A DNA stretch of 64,000 nucleotides from the human T2T-CHM13v2.0 reference genome, Homo sapiens: NCBI RefSeq assembly GCF_009914755.1, contig NC_060943.1; one strand, 5' to 3'. Positions 1 to 11,549 of the stretch are shown piece after piece (within the stretch, counting starts at the first letter, position 1; each line of letters opens with the position of its first letter). A program made the position numbers and the translations under genes. A model generated the notes under the pieces. The model ran no database searches. It worked only from the letters and a program-made list of their open reading frames with translations, and had not been told where the DNA came from.

Positions 1-60
1 GCAGTTAGGAAACACTCTGTTTGTAAAGTCTGCAAGTGGATATTCAGACATCCTTGAGGC

Positions 61-77
61 TTTCGTTGGAAACGGGA
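61..77 (+). promoter_or_regulatory. CENP-B box (first of 189 box positions, one per dimer; last at 63957-63973)
   Basis: TTTCGTTGGAAACGGGA matches YTTCGTTGGAARCGGGA with the essential core NTTCGNNNNANNCGGGN intact. By manual count about 31 of the 189 copies have a change in the essential core. Confidence 0.97.
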
Positions 78-104
78 TTTCTTCATATTCTGCTAGAAAG
101 AAGA

Positions 105-275
105 ATTCTCTGTAACTTCCTTGTGTTGTGTGTATTCAACTCACAGAGTTGAATGATCCTTTACACAGAACAGTCTTGAAACACTCTTTTTGTGGAATTT
201 GCAAGTGGAGATTTCAGCCGCTTTGAGGTCAATGGCAGAATAGGAAATATCTTCCTATAGAAACTAGACAGAATG
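105..275 (+). repeat. Representative 171-bp A-type (J1-like) alpha monomer, no CENP-B box
   Basis: Runs from ATTCTC at 105 to the next ATTCTC at 276. Carries CAATGG(T/C)AGAA(T/A)AGGAA where the other monomer has the CENP-B box. Monomer phase chosen arbitrarily at ATTCTC. Confidence 0.85.
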
Positions 276-444
276 ATTCTCAGAAACTCCTTTGTGATGT
301 GTGCGTTCAACTCACAGAGTTTAACCTTTCTTTTCATAGAGCAGTTAGGAAACACTCTGTTTGTAAAGTCTGCAAGTGGATATTCAGACATCTTTGAGGC
401 TTTCGTTGGAAACGGGATTTCTTCATATTCTGCTAGACAGAAGA
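276..444 (+). repeat. Representative 169-bp B-type (J2-like) alpha monomer with CENP-B box
   Basis: ATTCTC at 276 to ATTCTC at 445; contains TTTCGTTGGAAACGGGA at 401-417. Confidence 0.85.
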
Positions 445-910
445 ATTCTCAGAAACTTCGTTGTGTTGTGTGTTTTCAACTCACAGAGTTCAACGATCCT
501 TTACACAGAGTAGACTTGAAACACTCTTTTTGTGGAATTGGCAGGGTGGAGATTTCAGCCGCTTTGAGGTCAATGGTAGAAAAAGAAATATCTTCGTATA
601 AAAACTAGACAGAGTGATTCTCAGAAACTCCTTTGTGATGTCTGCGTTCAACTCACAGAGTTTAACCTTTCTTTTCATAGAGCAGTTAGGAAACACTCTG
701 TTTGTAAAGTCTGCAAGTGGATATAGAGACCTCCTTGAGGCCTTCGTTGGAAACGGGATTTCTTCATATTCTGCTATACAGAAGAATTCTCAGAAACTTC
801 CTTGTGTTGTGTGTATTCAACTCACAGAGTTGAACGATCGTTTACACAGAGCAGACTTGAGACACTCTTTTTGTGGAATTTGTAAGTGGAGATTTCAGCC
901 GCTTTGAGGT

Positions 911-927
911 CAATGGTAGAAAAGGAA
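911..927 (-). promoter_or_regulatory. pJ-alpha-like (A-box) site of the A-type monomer, representative copy
   Basis: Reverse complement TTCCTTTTCTACCATTG differs at two positions from the pJ-alpha consensus TTCCTTTTYCACCRTAG and sits at the CENP-B-box-homologous position. Many copies carry a further A>T change (AGAATAGGAA). Confidence 0.65.
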
Positions 928-1299
928 ATATCTTCATATAAAAACTAGACAGAATGATTCTCAGAAACTCCTTTGTGATGTGTGCGTTCAACTCACAGAG
1001 TTTAACCTTTCTTTTCATAGAGCAGTTAGGAAACACTCTGTTTGTAAAGTCTGCAAGTGGATATTCAGACATCTTAGAGGCCTTCGTTGGAAACGGGATT
1101 TCTTCATATTCTGCTAGAAAGAAGAATTCTCAGTAACTTCCTTGTGTTGTGTGTATTCAACTCACAGAGTTGAATGATCCTTTACACAGAACAGTCTTGA
1201 AACACTCTTTTTGTGGAATTTGCAAGTGGAGATTTCAGCCTCTTTGAGGTCAATGTTAGAAAAGGAAATATCTTCGTATAAAAACTAGACAGAATGATT

Positions 1300-4170
1300 C
1301 TCAGAAACTCCTTTGTGATGTGTGCGTTCAACTCACAGAGTTTAACCTTTCTTTTCATAGAGCAGTTAGGAAACACTCTGTTTGTAAAGTCTGCAAGTGG
1401 ATATTCAGACCTCTTTGAGGCCTTCGTTGGAAACGGGATTTCTTCATATTCTGCTAGAGAGAAGAATTCTCAGTAACTTCCTTGTGTTGTGTGTATTCAA
1501 CTCACAGAGTTCAACGATCCTTTACACAGAGCAGACTTGAAACACTCTTTTTCTGGAATTTGCAAGTGGAGATTTCAGCCGCTTTGAGGTCAATGGTAGA
1601 AAAGGTAATATCTTCCTATAAAAACTAGACAGAATGATTCTCAGAAACTCCTTTGTGATGTGTGCGTTCAACTCACAGAGGTTAACCTTTCTTTTCATAG
1701 AGTAGTTAGGAAACACTCTGTTTGTAAAGTCTGCAATTGGAGATTCAGACCTCCTTGAGGCCTTCGTTGGAAACGGGATTTCTTCATATTATGCTAGACA
1801 GAAGAATTCTCAGTAAGTTCCTTGTAGTGTGTGTATTCAACTCACAGAGTTAAATGATCCTTTACACAGAGCATACTTGAAAAACTCTTTTTGTGGAATT
1901 TGCAAGTGGAGATTTCAGCCGCTTTGAGGTCAATGGTAGAAAAGGAAGTATCTCCCTATAGAAACGAGACAGAATGATCCTCAGAAACTCCTTTGTGATG
2001 TGTGCGTTCAACTCACAGAGTTTAACCTTTCTTTTCATAGAGTAGTTAGGAAACACTCTGTTTTTATAGTCTGCAAGTGGATATTCAGACATCTTAGAGG
2101 CCTTCGTTGGAAACGGGATTTCTTCATATTCTGCTATACAGAAGAATTCTCAGAAACTTCCTTGTGTTGTGTGTTTTCAACTCACAGAGTTGAACGATCC
2201 TTTACACAGAGCAGACTTGAAACACTTTTTGTGGAATTTGCAAGTGGAGATTTCAGCCGCTTTGAGGTCAATTGTAGAATAGGAAATATCTTCCTATAGA
2301 AACTAGACAGAATGATTCTCAGAAACTCCTTTGTGATGTGTGCGTTCAACTCACAGAGTTTAACCTTTCTTTTCATAGAGCAGTTGGGAAACACTCTGTT
2401 TGTAAAGTCTGCAAGTGGATATTCAGACCTCTTTGAGGCCTTCGTTGGAAACGGGATTTTTTCATATTATGCTAGACAGAAGAATTCTCAGTAACTTCCT
2501 TGTGTTGTGTGTATTCAACTCACAGAGTTGAACGATCCTTTACACAGAGCAGACTTGAAACACTCTTGTTGTGGAATTTGCAAGTGGAGATTTCAGCCGC
2601 TTTGAGGTCAATGGTAGAAAAGGAAATATCTTCCTATAAAAACTAGACAGAATGATTCTCAGAAACTCCTTTGTGATGTGTGCGTTCAACTCACAGAGTT
2701 TAACCTTTCTTTTCATAGAGCAGTTAGGAAACACTCTGTTTGTAAAGTCTGCAAGTGGATATTCAGACCTCTTTGAGGCCTTCGTTGGAAACGGGATTTC
2801 TTCATATTCTGCTAGAGAGAAGAATTCTCAGAAACTTCCTTGTGTTGTGTGTATTCAACTCACAGAGTTCAACGATCCTTTACACAGAGCAGACTTGAAA
2901 CACTCTTTTTCTGGAATTTGCAAGTGGAGATTTCAGCCGCTTTGAGGTCAATGGTAGAAAAGGAAATATCTTCCTATAAAAACTAGACAGAATGATTCTC
3001 AGAAACTCCTTTGTGATGTGTGCGTTCAACTCACATAGGTTAACCTTTCTTTTCATAGAGCAGTTAGGAAACACTCTGTTTGTAAAGTCTGCAATTGGAG
3101 ATTCAGACCTCCTTGAGGCCTTCGTTGGAAACGGGATTTCTTCATATTATGCTAGACAGAAGAATTCTCAGTAAGTTCCTTGTAGTGTGTGTATTCAACT
3201 CACAGAGTTAAATGATCCTTTACACAGAGCATACTTGAAAAACTCTTTTTGTGGAATTTGCAAGTGGAGATTTCAGCCGCTTTGAGGTCAATTGTAGAAA
3301 AGGAAGTATCTCCCTATAGAAACGAGACAGAATGATCCTCAGAAACTCCTTTGTGATGTGTGCGTTCAACTCACAGAGTTTAACCTTTCTTTTCATAGAG
3401 TAGTTAGGAAACACTCTGTTTTTATAGTCTGCAAGTGGATATTCAGACATCTTAGAGGCCTTCGTTGGAAACGGGATTTCTTCATATTCTGCTATACAGA
3501 AGAATTCTCAGAAACTTCCTTGTGTTGTGTGTTTTCAACTCACAGAGTTGAACGATCCTTTACACAGAGCAGACTTGAAACACTTTTTGTGGAATTTGCA
3601 AGTGGAGATTTCAGCCGCTTTGAGGTCAATTGTAGAATAGGAAATATCTTCCTATAGAAACTAGACAGAATGATTCTCAGAAACTCCTTTGTGATGTGTG
3701 CGTTCAACTCACAGAGTTTAACCTTTCTTTTCATAGAGCAGTTGGGAAACACTCTGTTTGTAAAGTCTGCAAGTGGATATTCAGACCTCTTTGAGGCCTT
3801 CGTTGGAAACGGGATTTTTTCATATTATGCTAGACAGAAGAATTCTCAGTAACTTCCTTGTGTTGTGTGTATTCAACTCACAGAGTTGAACGATCCTTTA
3901 CACAGAGCAGACTTGAAACACTCTTGTTGTGGAATTTGCAAGTGGAGATTTCAGCCGCTTTGAGGTCAATGGTAGAAAAGGAAATATCTTCCTATAAAAA
4001 CTAGACAGAATGATTCTCAGAAACTCCTTTGTGATGTGTGCGTTCAACTCACAGAGTTTAACCTTTCTTTTCATAGAGCAGTTAGGAAACACTCTGTTTG
4101 TAAAGTCTGCAAGTGGATATTCAGACCTCTTTGAGGCCTTCGTTGGAAACGGGATTTCTTCATATACTGC
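1300..4170 (+). repeat. Tandem duplication of a 4-dimer unit (1358 bp)
   Basis: Rare markers repeat at offset 1358: GCAATTGGAGATTC (~1733/~3091), GAAACGAGAC (1961/3319), 2-bp deletion (~2225/~3583). ORFs 2000..2299 and 3358..3657 are identical. Confidence 0.92.
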
Positions 4171-7100
4171 TAGAGAGAAGAATTCTCAGTAAATTCATTG
4201 TGTTGTGTGTATTCAACTCACAGAGTTCAACGATCCTTTACACAGAGCAGACTTGAAACACTCTTTTTGTGGAATTTGCAAGTGGAGATTTCAGCCGCTT
4301 TGAGGTCAATGGTAGAAAAGGAAATATCTTCCTATAAAAACTAGACAGAATGATTCTCAGAAACTCCTTTGTGATGTGTGCGTTCAACTCACAGAGTTTA
4401 ACCTTTGTTTTCATAGAGCAGTTAGGAAACACTCTGTTTGTAAAGTCTGCAAGTGGATATTCAGACCTCCTTGAGGCCTTCGTTGGAAACGGGATTTCTT
4501 CATATTATGCTAGACAGAAGAATTCTCAGTAACTTCCTTGTGTTGTGTGTATTCAACTCACAGAGTTGAACGATCCTTTACACAGAGCAGACTTGAAACA
4601 CTTTTTGTGGAATTTGCAAGTGGAGATGTCAGCCGCTTTGAGGTCAATGGTAGAATAGGAAATATCTTCCTATAGAAACTAGACAGAATGATTCTCAGAA
4701 ACTCCTTTGTGATGTGTGCGTTCAACTCACAGAGTTTAACCTTTCTTTTCATAGAGCAGTTGGGAAACACTCTGTTTGTAAAGTCTGCAAGTGGATATTC
4801 AGACCTCTTTGAGGCCTTCGTTGGAAACGGGATTTCTTCATATTCTGCTAGACAGAAGAATTCTCAGTAACTTCCTTGTGTTGTGTGTTTTCAACTCACA
4901 GAGTTGAACGATGCTTTACACAGAGTAGACTTGAAACACTCTTGTTGTGGAATTTGCAAGTGGAGATTTCAGCCGCTTTGAGGTCAATGGTAGAATAGGA
5001 AATATCTTCCTATAGAAACTAGACAGAATGATTCTCAGAAACTCCTTTGTGATGTGTGCATTCAACTCACAGAGTTTAACCTTTCTTTTCATAGAGCAGT
5101 TAGGAAACATTCTGTTTGTAAAGTCTGCAAGTGGATATTCAGACCTCTTTGAGGCCTTCATTGGAAACGGGATTTTTTCATATTATGCTAGACAGAAGAA
5201 TTCTCAGTAACTTCCTTGTGTTGTGTGTATTCAACTCACAGAGTTGAACGATCCTTTACACAGAGCAGACTTGAAATACTCTTGTTGTGGAATTTGCAAG
5301 TGGAGATTTCAGCCGCTTTGAGGTCAATGGTAGAAAAGGAAATATCTTCCTATAAAAACTAGACAGAATGATTCTCAGAAACTCCTTTGTGATGTGTGCG
5401 TTCAACTCACAGAGTTTAACCTTTCTTTTCATAGAGCAGTTAGGAAACACTCTGTTTGTAAAGTCTGCAAGTGGATATTCAGACCTCTTTGAGGCCTTCG
5501 TTGGAAACAGGATTTCTTCATATTCTGCTAGAGAGAAGAATTCTCAGTAACTTCATTGTGTTGTGTGTATTCAACTCACAGAGTTCAACGATCCTTTACA
5601 CAGAGCAGACTTGAAACACTCTTTTTCTGGAATTTGCAAGTGGAGATTTCAGCCGCTTTGAGGTCAATGGTAGAAAAGGAAATATCTTCCTATAAAAACT
5701 AGACAGAATGATTCTCAGAAACTCCTTTGTGATGTGTGCGTTCAACTCACAGAGTTTAACCTTTCTTTTTATAGAGCAGTTAGGAAACACTCTGTTTGTA
5801 AAGTCTGCAAGTGGATATTCAGACCTCCTTGAGGCCTTCGTTGGAAACGGGATTTCTTCATATTCTGCTAGACAGAAGAATTCTCAGTAACTTCCTTGTA
5901 GTGTGTGTATTCAACTCACAGAGTTAAACGATCCTTTACACAGAGCATACTTGAAACACTCTTTTTGTGGAATTTGCAAGTGGAGATTTCAGCCGCTTTG
6001 AGGTCAATGGTAGAATAGGAAGTATCTCCCTATAGAAACTAGACAGAATGATTCTCAGAAACTCCTTTGTGATGTGTGCGTTCAACTCACAGAGTTTAAC
6101 CTTTCTTTTCATAGAGTAGTTAGGAAACACTCTGTTTTTATAGTCTGCAAGTGGATATTCAGACATCTTAGAGGCCTTCGTTAGAAACGGGATTTCTTCT
6201 TATTCTGCTATACAGAAGAATTCTCAGAAACTTCCTTGTGTTGTGTGTTTTCAACTCACAGAGTTGAACGATGCTTTACACAGAGTAGACTTGAAACACT
6301 CTTTTTTTGTAATTTGCAAGTGGAGATTTCAGCCGCTTTGTGGTCAATGGTAGAAAAGGAAATATCTTCGTATAAAAACTAGACAGAATGATTCTCAGAA
6401 ACTCCTTTGTGATGTGTGCGTTCAACTCACAGAGTTTAACCTTTCTTTTCATAGAGCAGTTAGGAAACACTCTGTTTGTAAAGTCTGCAAGTGGATATTC
6501 AGACATCCTTGAGGCTTTCGTTGGAAACGGGATTTCTTCATATTCTGCTATACAGAAGAATTCTCAGAAACTTCCTTGTGTTTTGTGTATTCAAATCACA
6601 GAGCTGAACGATCCTTTACAAAGAGCAGACTTGAAACACTCTTTTTGTGGAATTTGCAAGTGGAGATTTCAGCCGATTTGAGGTCAATGGTAGAATAGGA
6701 AATATCTTCCTATAGAAACTAGACAGAATGATTCTCAGAAACTCCTTTGTGATGTGTGCATTCAACTCACAGAGTTTAACCTTTCTTTTCATAGAGCAGT
6801 TAGGAAACACTCTGTTTGTATAGTCTGCAAGTGGATATTCAGACCTCTTTGAGGCCTTCGTTGGAAACGGGATTTTTTCATATTATGCTAGACAGAAGAA
6901 TTCTCAGTAACTTCCTTGTGTTGTGTGTATTCAACTCACAGAGTTGAATGATCCTTTACACAGAACAGACTTGAAACACTCTTTTTGTGGAATTTGCAGG
7001 GGGAGATTTCAGCCGCTTTGAGGTCAATGGTAGAAAAGGAAATATCTTCCTATAGAAACTAGACAGAACGATTCTCAGAAACTCCTTTGTGATGTGTGCG

Positions 7101-10100
7101 TTCAACTCACAGAGTTTAACCTTTCTTCTCATAGAGCAGTTAGGAAACACTCTGTTTGTAAAGTCTGCAAGTGGATATTCAGACATCTTCGAGGCTTTCG
7201 TTGGAAACGGGATTTCTTCATATTCTGCTATACAGAAGAATTCTCAGTAACTTCCTTGTGTTGTGTGTATTCAAATCACAGAGTTGAATGATCCTTTACA
7301 CAGAACAGACTTGAAACACTCTTTTTGTGGAATTTGCAAGTGGAGATTTCAGCCGCTTTGAGGTCAATGGTAGAATAGGAAATATCTTCCTATAGAAACT
7401 AGACAGAATGATTCTCAGAAACTCCTTTGTGATGTGTGCGTTCAACTCACAGAGTTTAACCTTTCTTTTCATAGAGCAGTTAGGAAACACACTGTTTGTA
7501 AAGTCTGCAAGTGGATATTCAGACCTCCTTGAGGCCTTCGTTGGAAACGGGATTTCTTCATATTATGCTAGACAGAAGAATTCTCAGTAACTTCCTTGTG
7601 TTGTGTGTATTAAACTCACAGAGTTGAACGATCCTTTACACAGAGCAGACTTGAAACACTCTTTTTTTGGAATTTGCAAGTGGAGATTTCAGCCGCTTTG
7701 AGGTCAATGGTAGAATAGGAAATATCTTCCTATAGAAACTAGACAGAATGATTCTCAGAAACTCCTTTGTGATGTGTGCGTTCAACTCACAGAATTTAAC
7801 CTTTCTTTTCATAGAGCAGTTAGGAAACACTCTGTTTGTAAAGTCTGCAAGTGGATATTCAGACCGCCTTGAGGCCTTCGTTGGAAACGGGATTTCTTCA
7901 TATTATGCTAGACAGAAGAATTCTCAGTAACTTCCTTGTGTTGCGTGTATTCAAATCACAGAGCTGAACGATCCTTTACAAAGAGCAGACTTGAAACACT
8001 CTTTTTGTGGAATTTGCAAGTGGAGATTTCAGCCGCTTTGAGGTCAATAGTAGAATAGGAAATATCTTCCTATAGAAACTAGACAGAATGATTCTCAGAA
8101 ACTCCTTTGTGATGTGTGCGTTCAACTCACAGAGTTCAACCTTTCTTTTCATAGAGCAGTTAGGAAACACTCTGTTTGTAAAGTCTGCAAGTGGATATTC
8201 AGACCTCCTTGAGGCCTTCGTTGGAAACGTGATTTCTTCATATTATGCTAGACAGAAGAATTCTCAGTAACTTCCTTGTGTTGCGTGTATTCAACTCACA
8301 GATTTGAACGATCCTTTACAAAGAGCAGACTTGAAACACTCTTTTTGTGGAATTTGCAAGTGGAGATTTCAGCCGCTTTGAGGTCAATGGTAGAATAGGA
8401 AATATCTTCCTATAGAAACTAGACAGAATGATTCTCAGAAACACCTTTGTGATGTGTGCATTCAACTCACAGAGTTTAACCTTTCTTTTCATAGAGCAGT
8501 TAGGAAACACTCTGTTTGTATAGTCTGCAAGTGGATATTCATACCTCTTTGAGGCCTTCGTTGGAAACGGGATTTTTTCATATTATGCTAGACAGAAGAA
8601 TTCTCAGTAACTTCCTTGTGTTGTGTGTATTCAACTCACAGAGTTGAACGATCCTTTACACAGAGCAGACTTGAAACACTCTTGTTGTGGAATTTGCAAG
8701 TGGAGATTTCAGCCGCTTTGAAGTCAATGGTAGAAAAGGAAATATCTTCGTATAAAAACTAGACAGAATGATTCTCAGAAACTCCTTTGTGATGTGTGCG
8801 TTCAACTCACAGAGTTTAACCTTTCTTTTCATAGAGCAGTTAGGAAACACTCTGTTTGTAAAGTCTGCAAGTGGATATTCAGACCTCCTTGAGGCCTTCG
8901 TTGGAAACGGGATTTCTTCATATTATGCTAGACAGAAGAATTCTCAGTAACTTCCTTGTGTTGTGTGTATTCAACTCACAGAGTTGAACGATCCTTTACA
9001 CAGAGCAGACTTGAAACACTCTTTTTGTGGAATTTGCAAGTGGAGATTTCAGCCGCTTTGAGTTCAATGGTAGAATAGGAAATATCTTCCTATAGAAACT
9101 AGACAGAATGATTCTCAGAAACTCCTTTGTGATGTGTGCGTTCAACTCACAGAGTTTAACCTTTCTTTTCATAGAGCAGTTAGGAAACACTCTGTTTGTA
9201 AAGTCTGCAAGTAGATATTCAGACATCTTTGAGGCTTTCGTTGGAAACGGGATTTCTTCATATTCTGCTAGACAGAAGAATTCTCAGAAACTTCCTTGTG
9301 TTGTGTGTATTGAACTCACAGAGTTGAACGATCCTTTACTCAGAGCAGACTTCAAACACTCCTTTTGTGGAATTTGCAAGTGGAGATTTCAGCCGCTTTT
9401 AGGTCAATGGTAGAATAGGAATTATCTTCCTATAGAAACTAGACAGAATGATTCTCAGAAACTCCTTTGTGCTGTGTGGGTTCAGCTCACAGAGTTTAAC
9501 CTTTCTTTTCATAGAGCAGTTAGGAAACACTCTGTTTGTAAAGTCTGCAAGTAGATATTCAGACATCTTTGAGGCCTTCGTTGGAAACGGGATTTCTTCA
9601 TATTCTGCTAGACAGAAGAATTCTCAGAAACTTCCTTGTGTTGTGTGTTTTCAACTCACAGAGTTGAACGATGCTTTACACAGAGTAGACTTGAAACACT
9701 CTTTTTGTGTAATTTGCAAGTGGAGATTTCAGCCGCTTTGAGGTCAATGGTAGAAAAGGAAATATCTTCGTATAAAAACTAGACAGAATGATTCTCAGAA
9801 ACTCCTTTGTGATGTGTGCGTTCAACTCACAGAGTTTAACCTTTCTTTTCATAGAGCAGTTAGGAAACACTCTGTTTGTAAAGTCTGCAAGTGGATATTC
9901 AGACCTCTTTGAGGCCTTCGTTGGAAACGGGATTTCTTCATATTCTGCTAGACAGAAGAATTCTCAGTAACTTCATTGTGTTGTGTGTATTCAACTCACA
10001 GAGTTCAACGATCCTTTACACAGAGCAGACTTGAAACACTCTTTTTCTGGAATTTGCAAGTGGAGATTTCAGCCGCTTTGAGGTCAATGGTAGAAAAGGA

Positions 10101-11549
10101 AATATCTTCCTATAAAAACTAGACAGAATGATTCTCAGAAACTCCTTTGTGATGTGTGCGTTCAACTCACAGAGGTTAACCTTTCTTTTCATAGAGCAGT
10201 TAGGAAACACTCTGTTTGTAAAGTCTGCAAGTGGAGATTCAGACCTGCTTGAGGCCTTCGTTGGAAACGGGATTTCTTCATATTATGCTAGACAGAAGAA
10301 TTCTCAGTAAGTTCCTTGTAGTGTGTGTATTCAACTCACAGAGTTAAACGATCCTTTACACAGAGCATACTTGAAACACTCTTTTTGTGGAATTTGCAAG
10401 TGGAGATTTCAGCCGCTTTGAGGTCAATGGTAGAATAGGAAGTATCTCCCTATAGAAATTAGACAGAATGATCCTCAGAAACTCCTTTGTGATGTGTGCG
10501 TTCTACTCACAGAGTTTAACCTTTCTTTTCATAGAGTAGTTAGGAAACACTCTGTTTTTATAGTCTGCAAGTGGATATTCAGACATCTTAGAGGCCTTCG
10601 TTGGAAACGGGATTTCTTCATATTCTGCTATACAGAAGAATTCTCAGAAACTTCCTTGTGTTGTGTGTATTCAACTCACAGAGTTGAACGATCCTTTACA
10701 AAGAGCAGACTTGAAACACTCTTTTTGTGGAATTTGCAAGTGGAGATTTCAGCCGATTTGAGTTCAATGGTAGAATAGGAAATATCTTCCTATAGAAACT
10801 AGACAGAATGATTCTCAGAAACTCCTTTGTGATGTGTGCATTCAACTCACAGAGTTTAACCTTTCTTTTCATAGAGCAGTTAGGAAACACTCTGTTTGTA
10901 TAGTCTGCAAGTGGATATTCAGACCTCTTTGAGGCCTTCGTTGGAAACGGGATTTTTTCATATTATGCTAGACAGAAGAATTCTCAGTAACTTCCTTGTG
11001 TTGTGTGTATTCAACTCACAGAGTTGAACGATCCTTTACACAGAGCAGACTTGAAACACTCTTGTTGTGGATTTTGCAAGTGGAGATTTCAGCCGCTTTG
11101 AGGTCAATGGTAGAAAAGGAAATATCTTCGTATAAAAACTAGACAGAATGATTCTCAGAAACTCCTTTGTGATGTGTGCGTTCAACTCACAGAGTTTAAC
11201 CTTTCTTTTCATAGAGCAGTTAGGAAACACTCTGTTTGTAAAGTCTGCAAGTGGATATTCAGACCTCCTTGAGGCCTTCGTTGGAAACGGGATTTCTTCA
11301 TATTATGCTAGACAGAAGAATTCTCAGTAACTTCCTTGTGTTGTGTGTATTCAACTCACAGAGTTGAACGATCCTTTACACAGAGCAGACTTGAAACACT
11401 CTTTTTGTGGAATTTGCAAGTGGAGATTTTAGCCGCTTTGAGGTCAATGGTAGAATAGGAAATATCTTCCTATAGAAACTAGACAGAATGATTCTCAGAA
11501 ACTCCTTTGTGATGTGTGCGTTCAACTCACAGAGTTTAACCTTTCTTTT

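Noticed and set aside
277-285. STAT/GAS-like motif TTCTCAGAA in nearly every dimer
   Set aside because: It fits TTCN3GAA but is part of the general alpha-satellite consensus. A 9-bp match alone is not evidence of binding.
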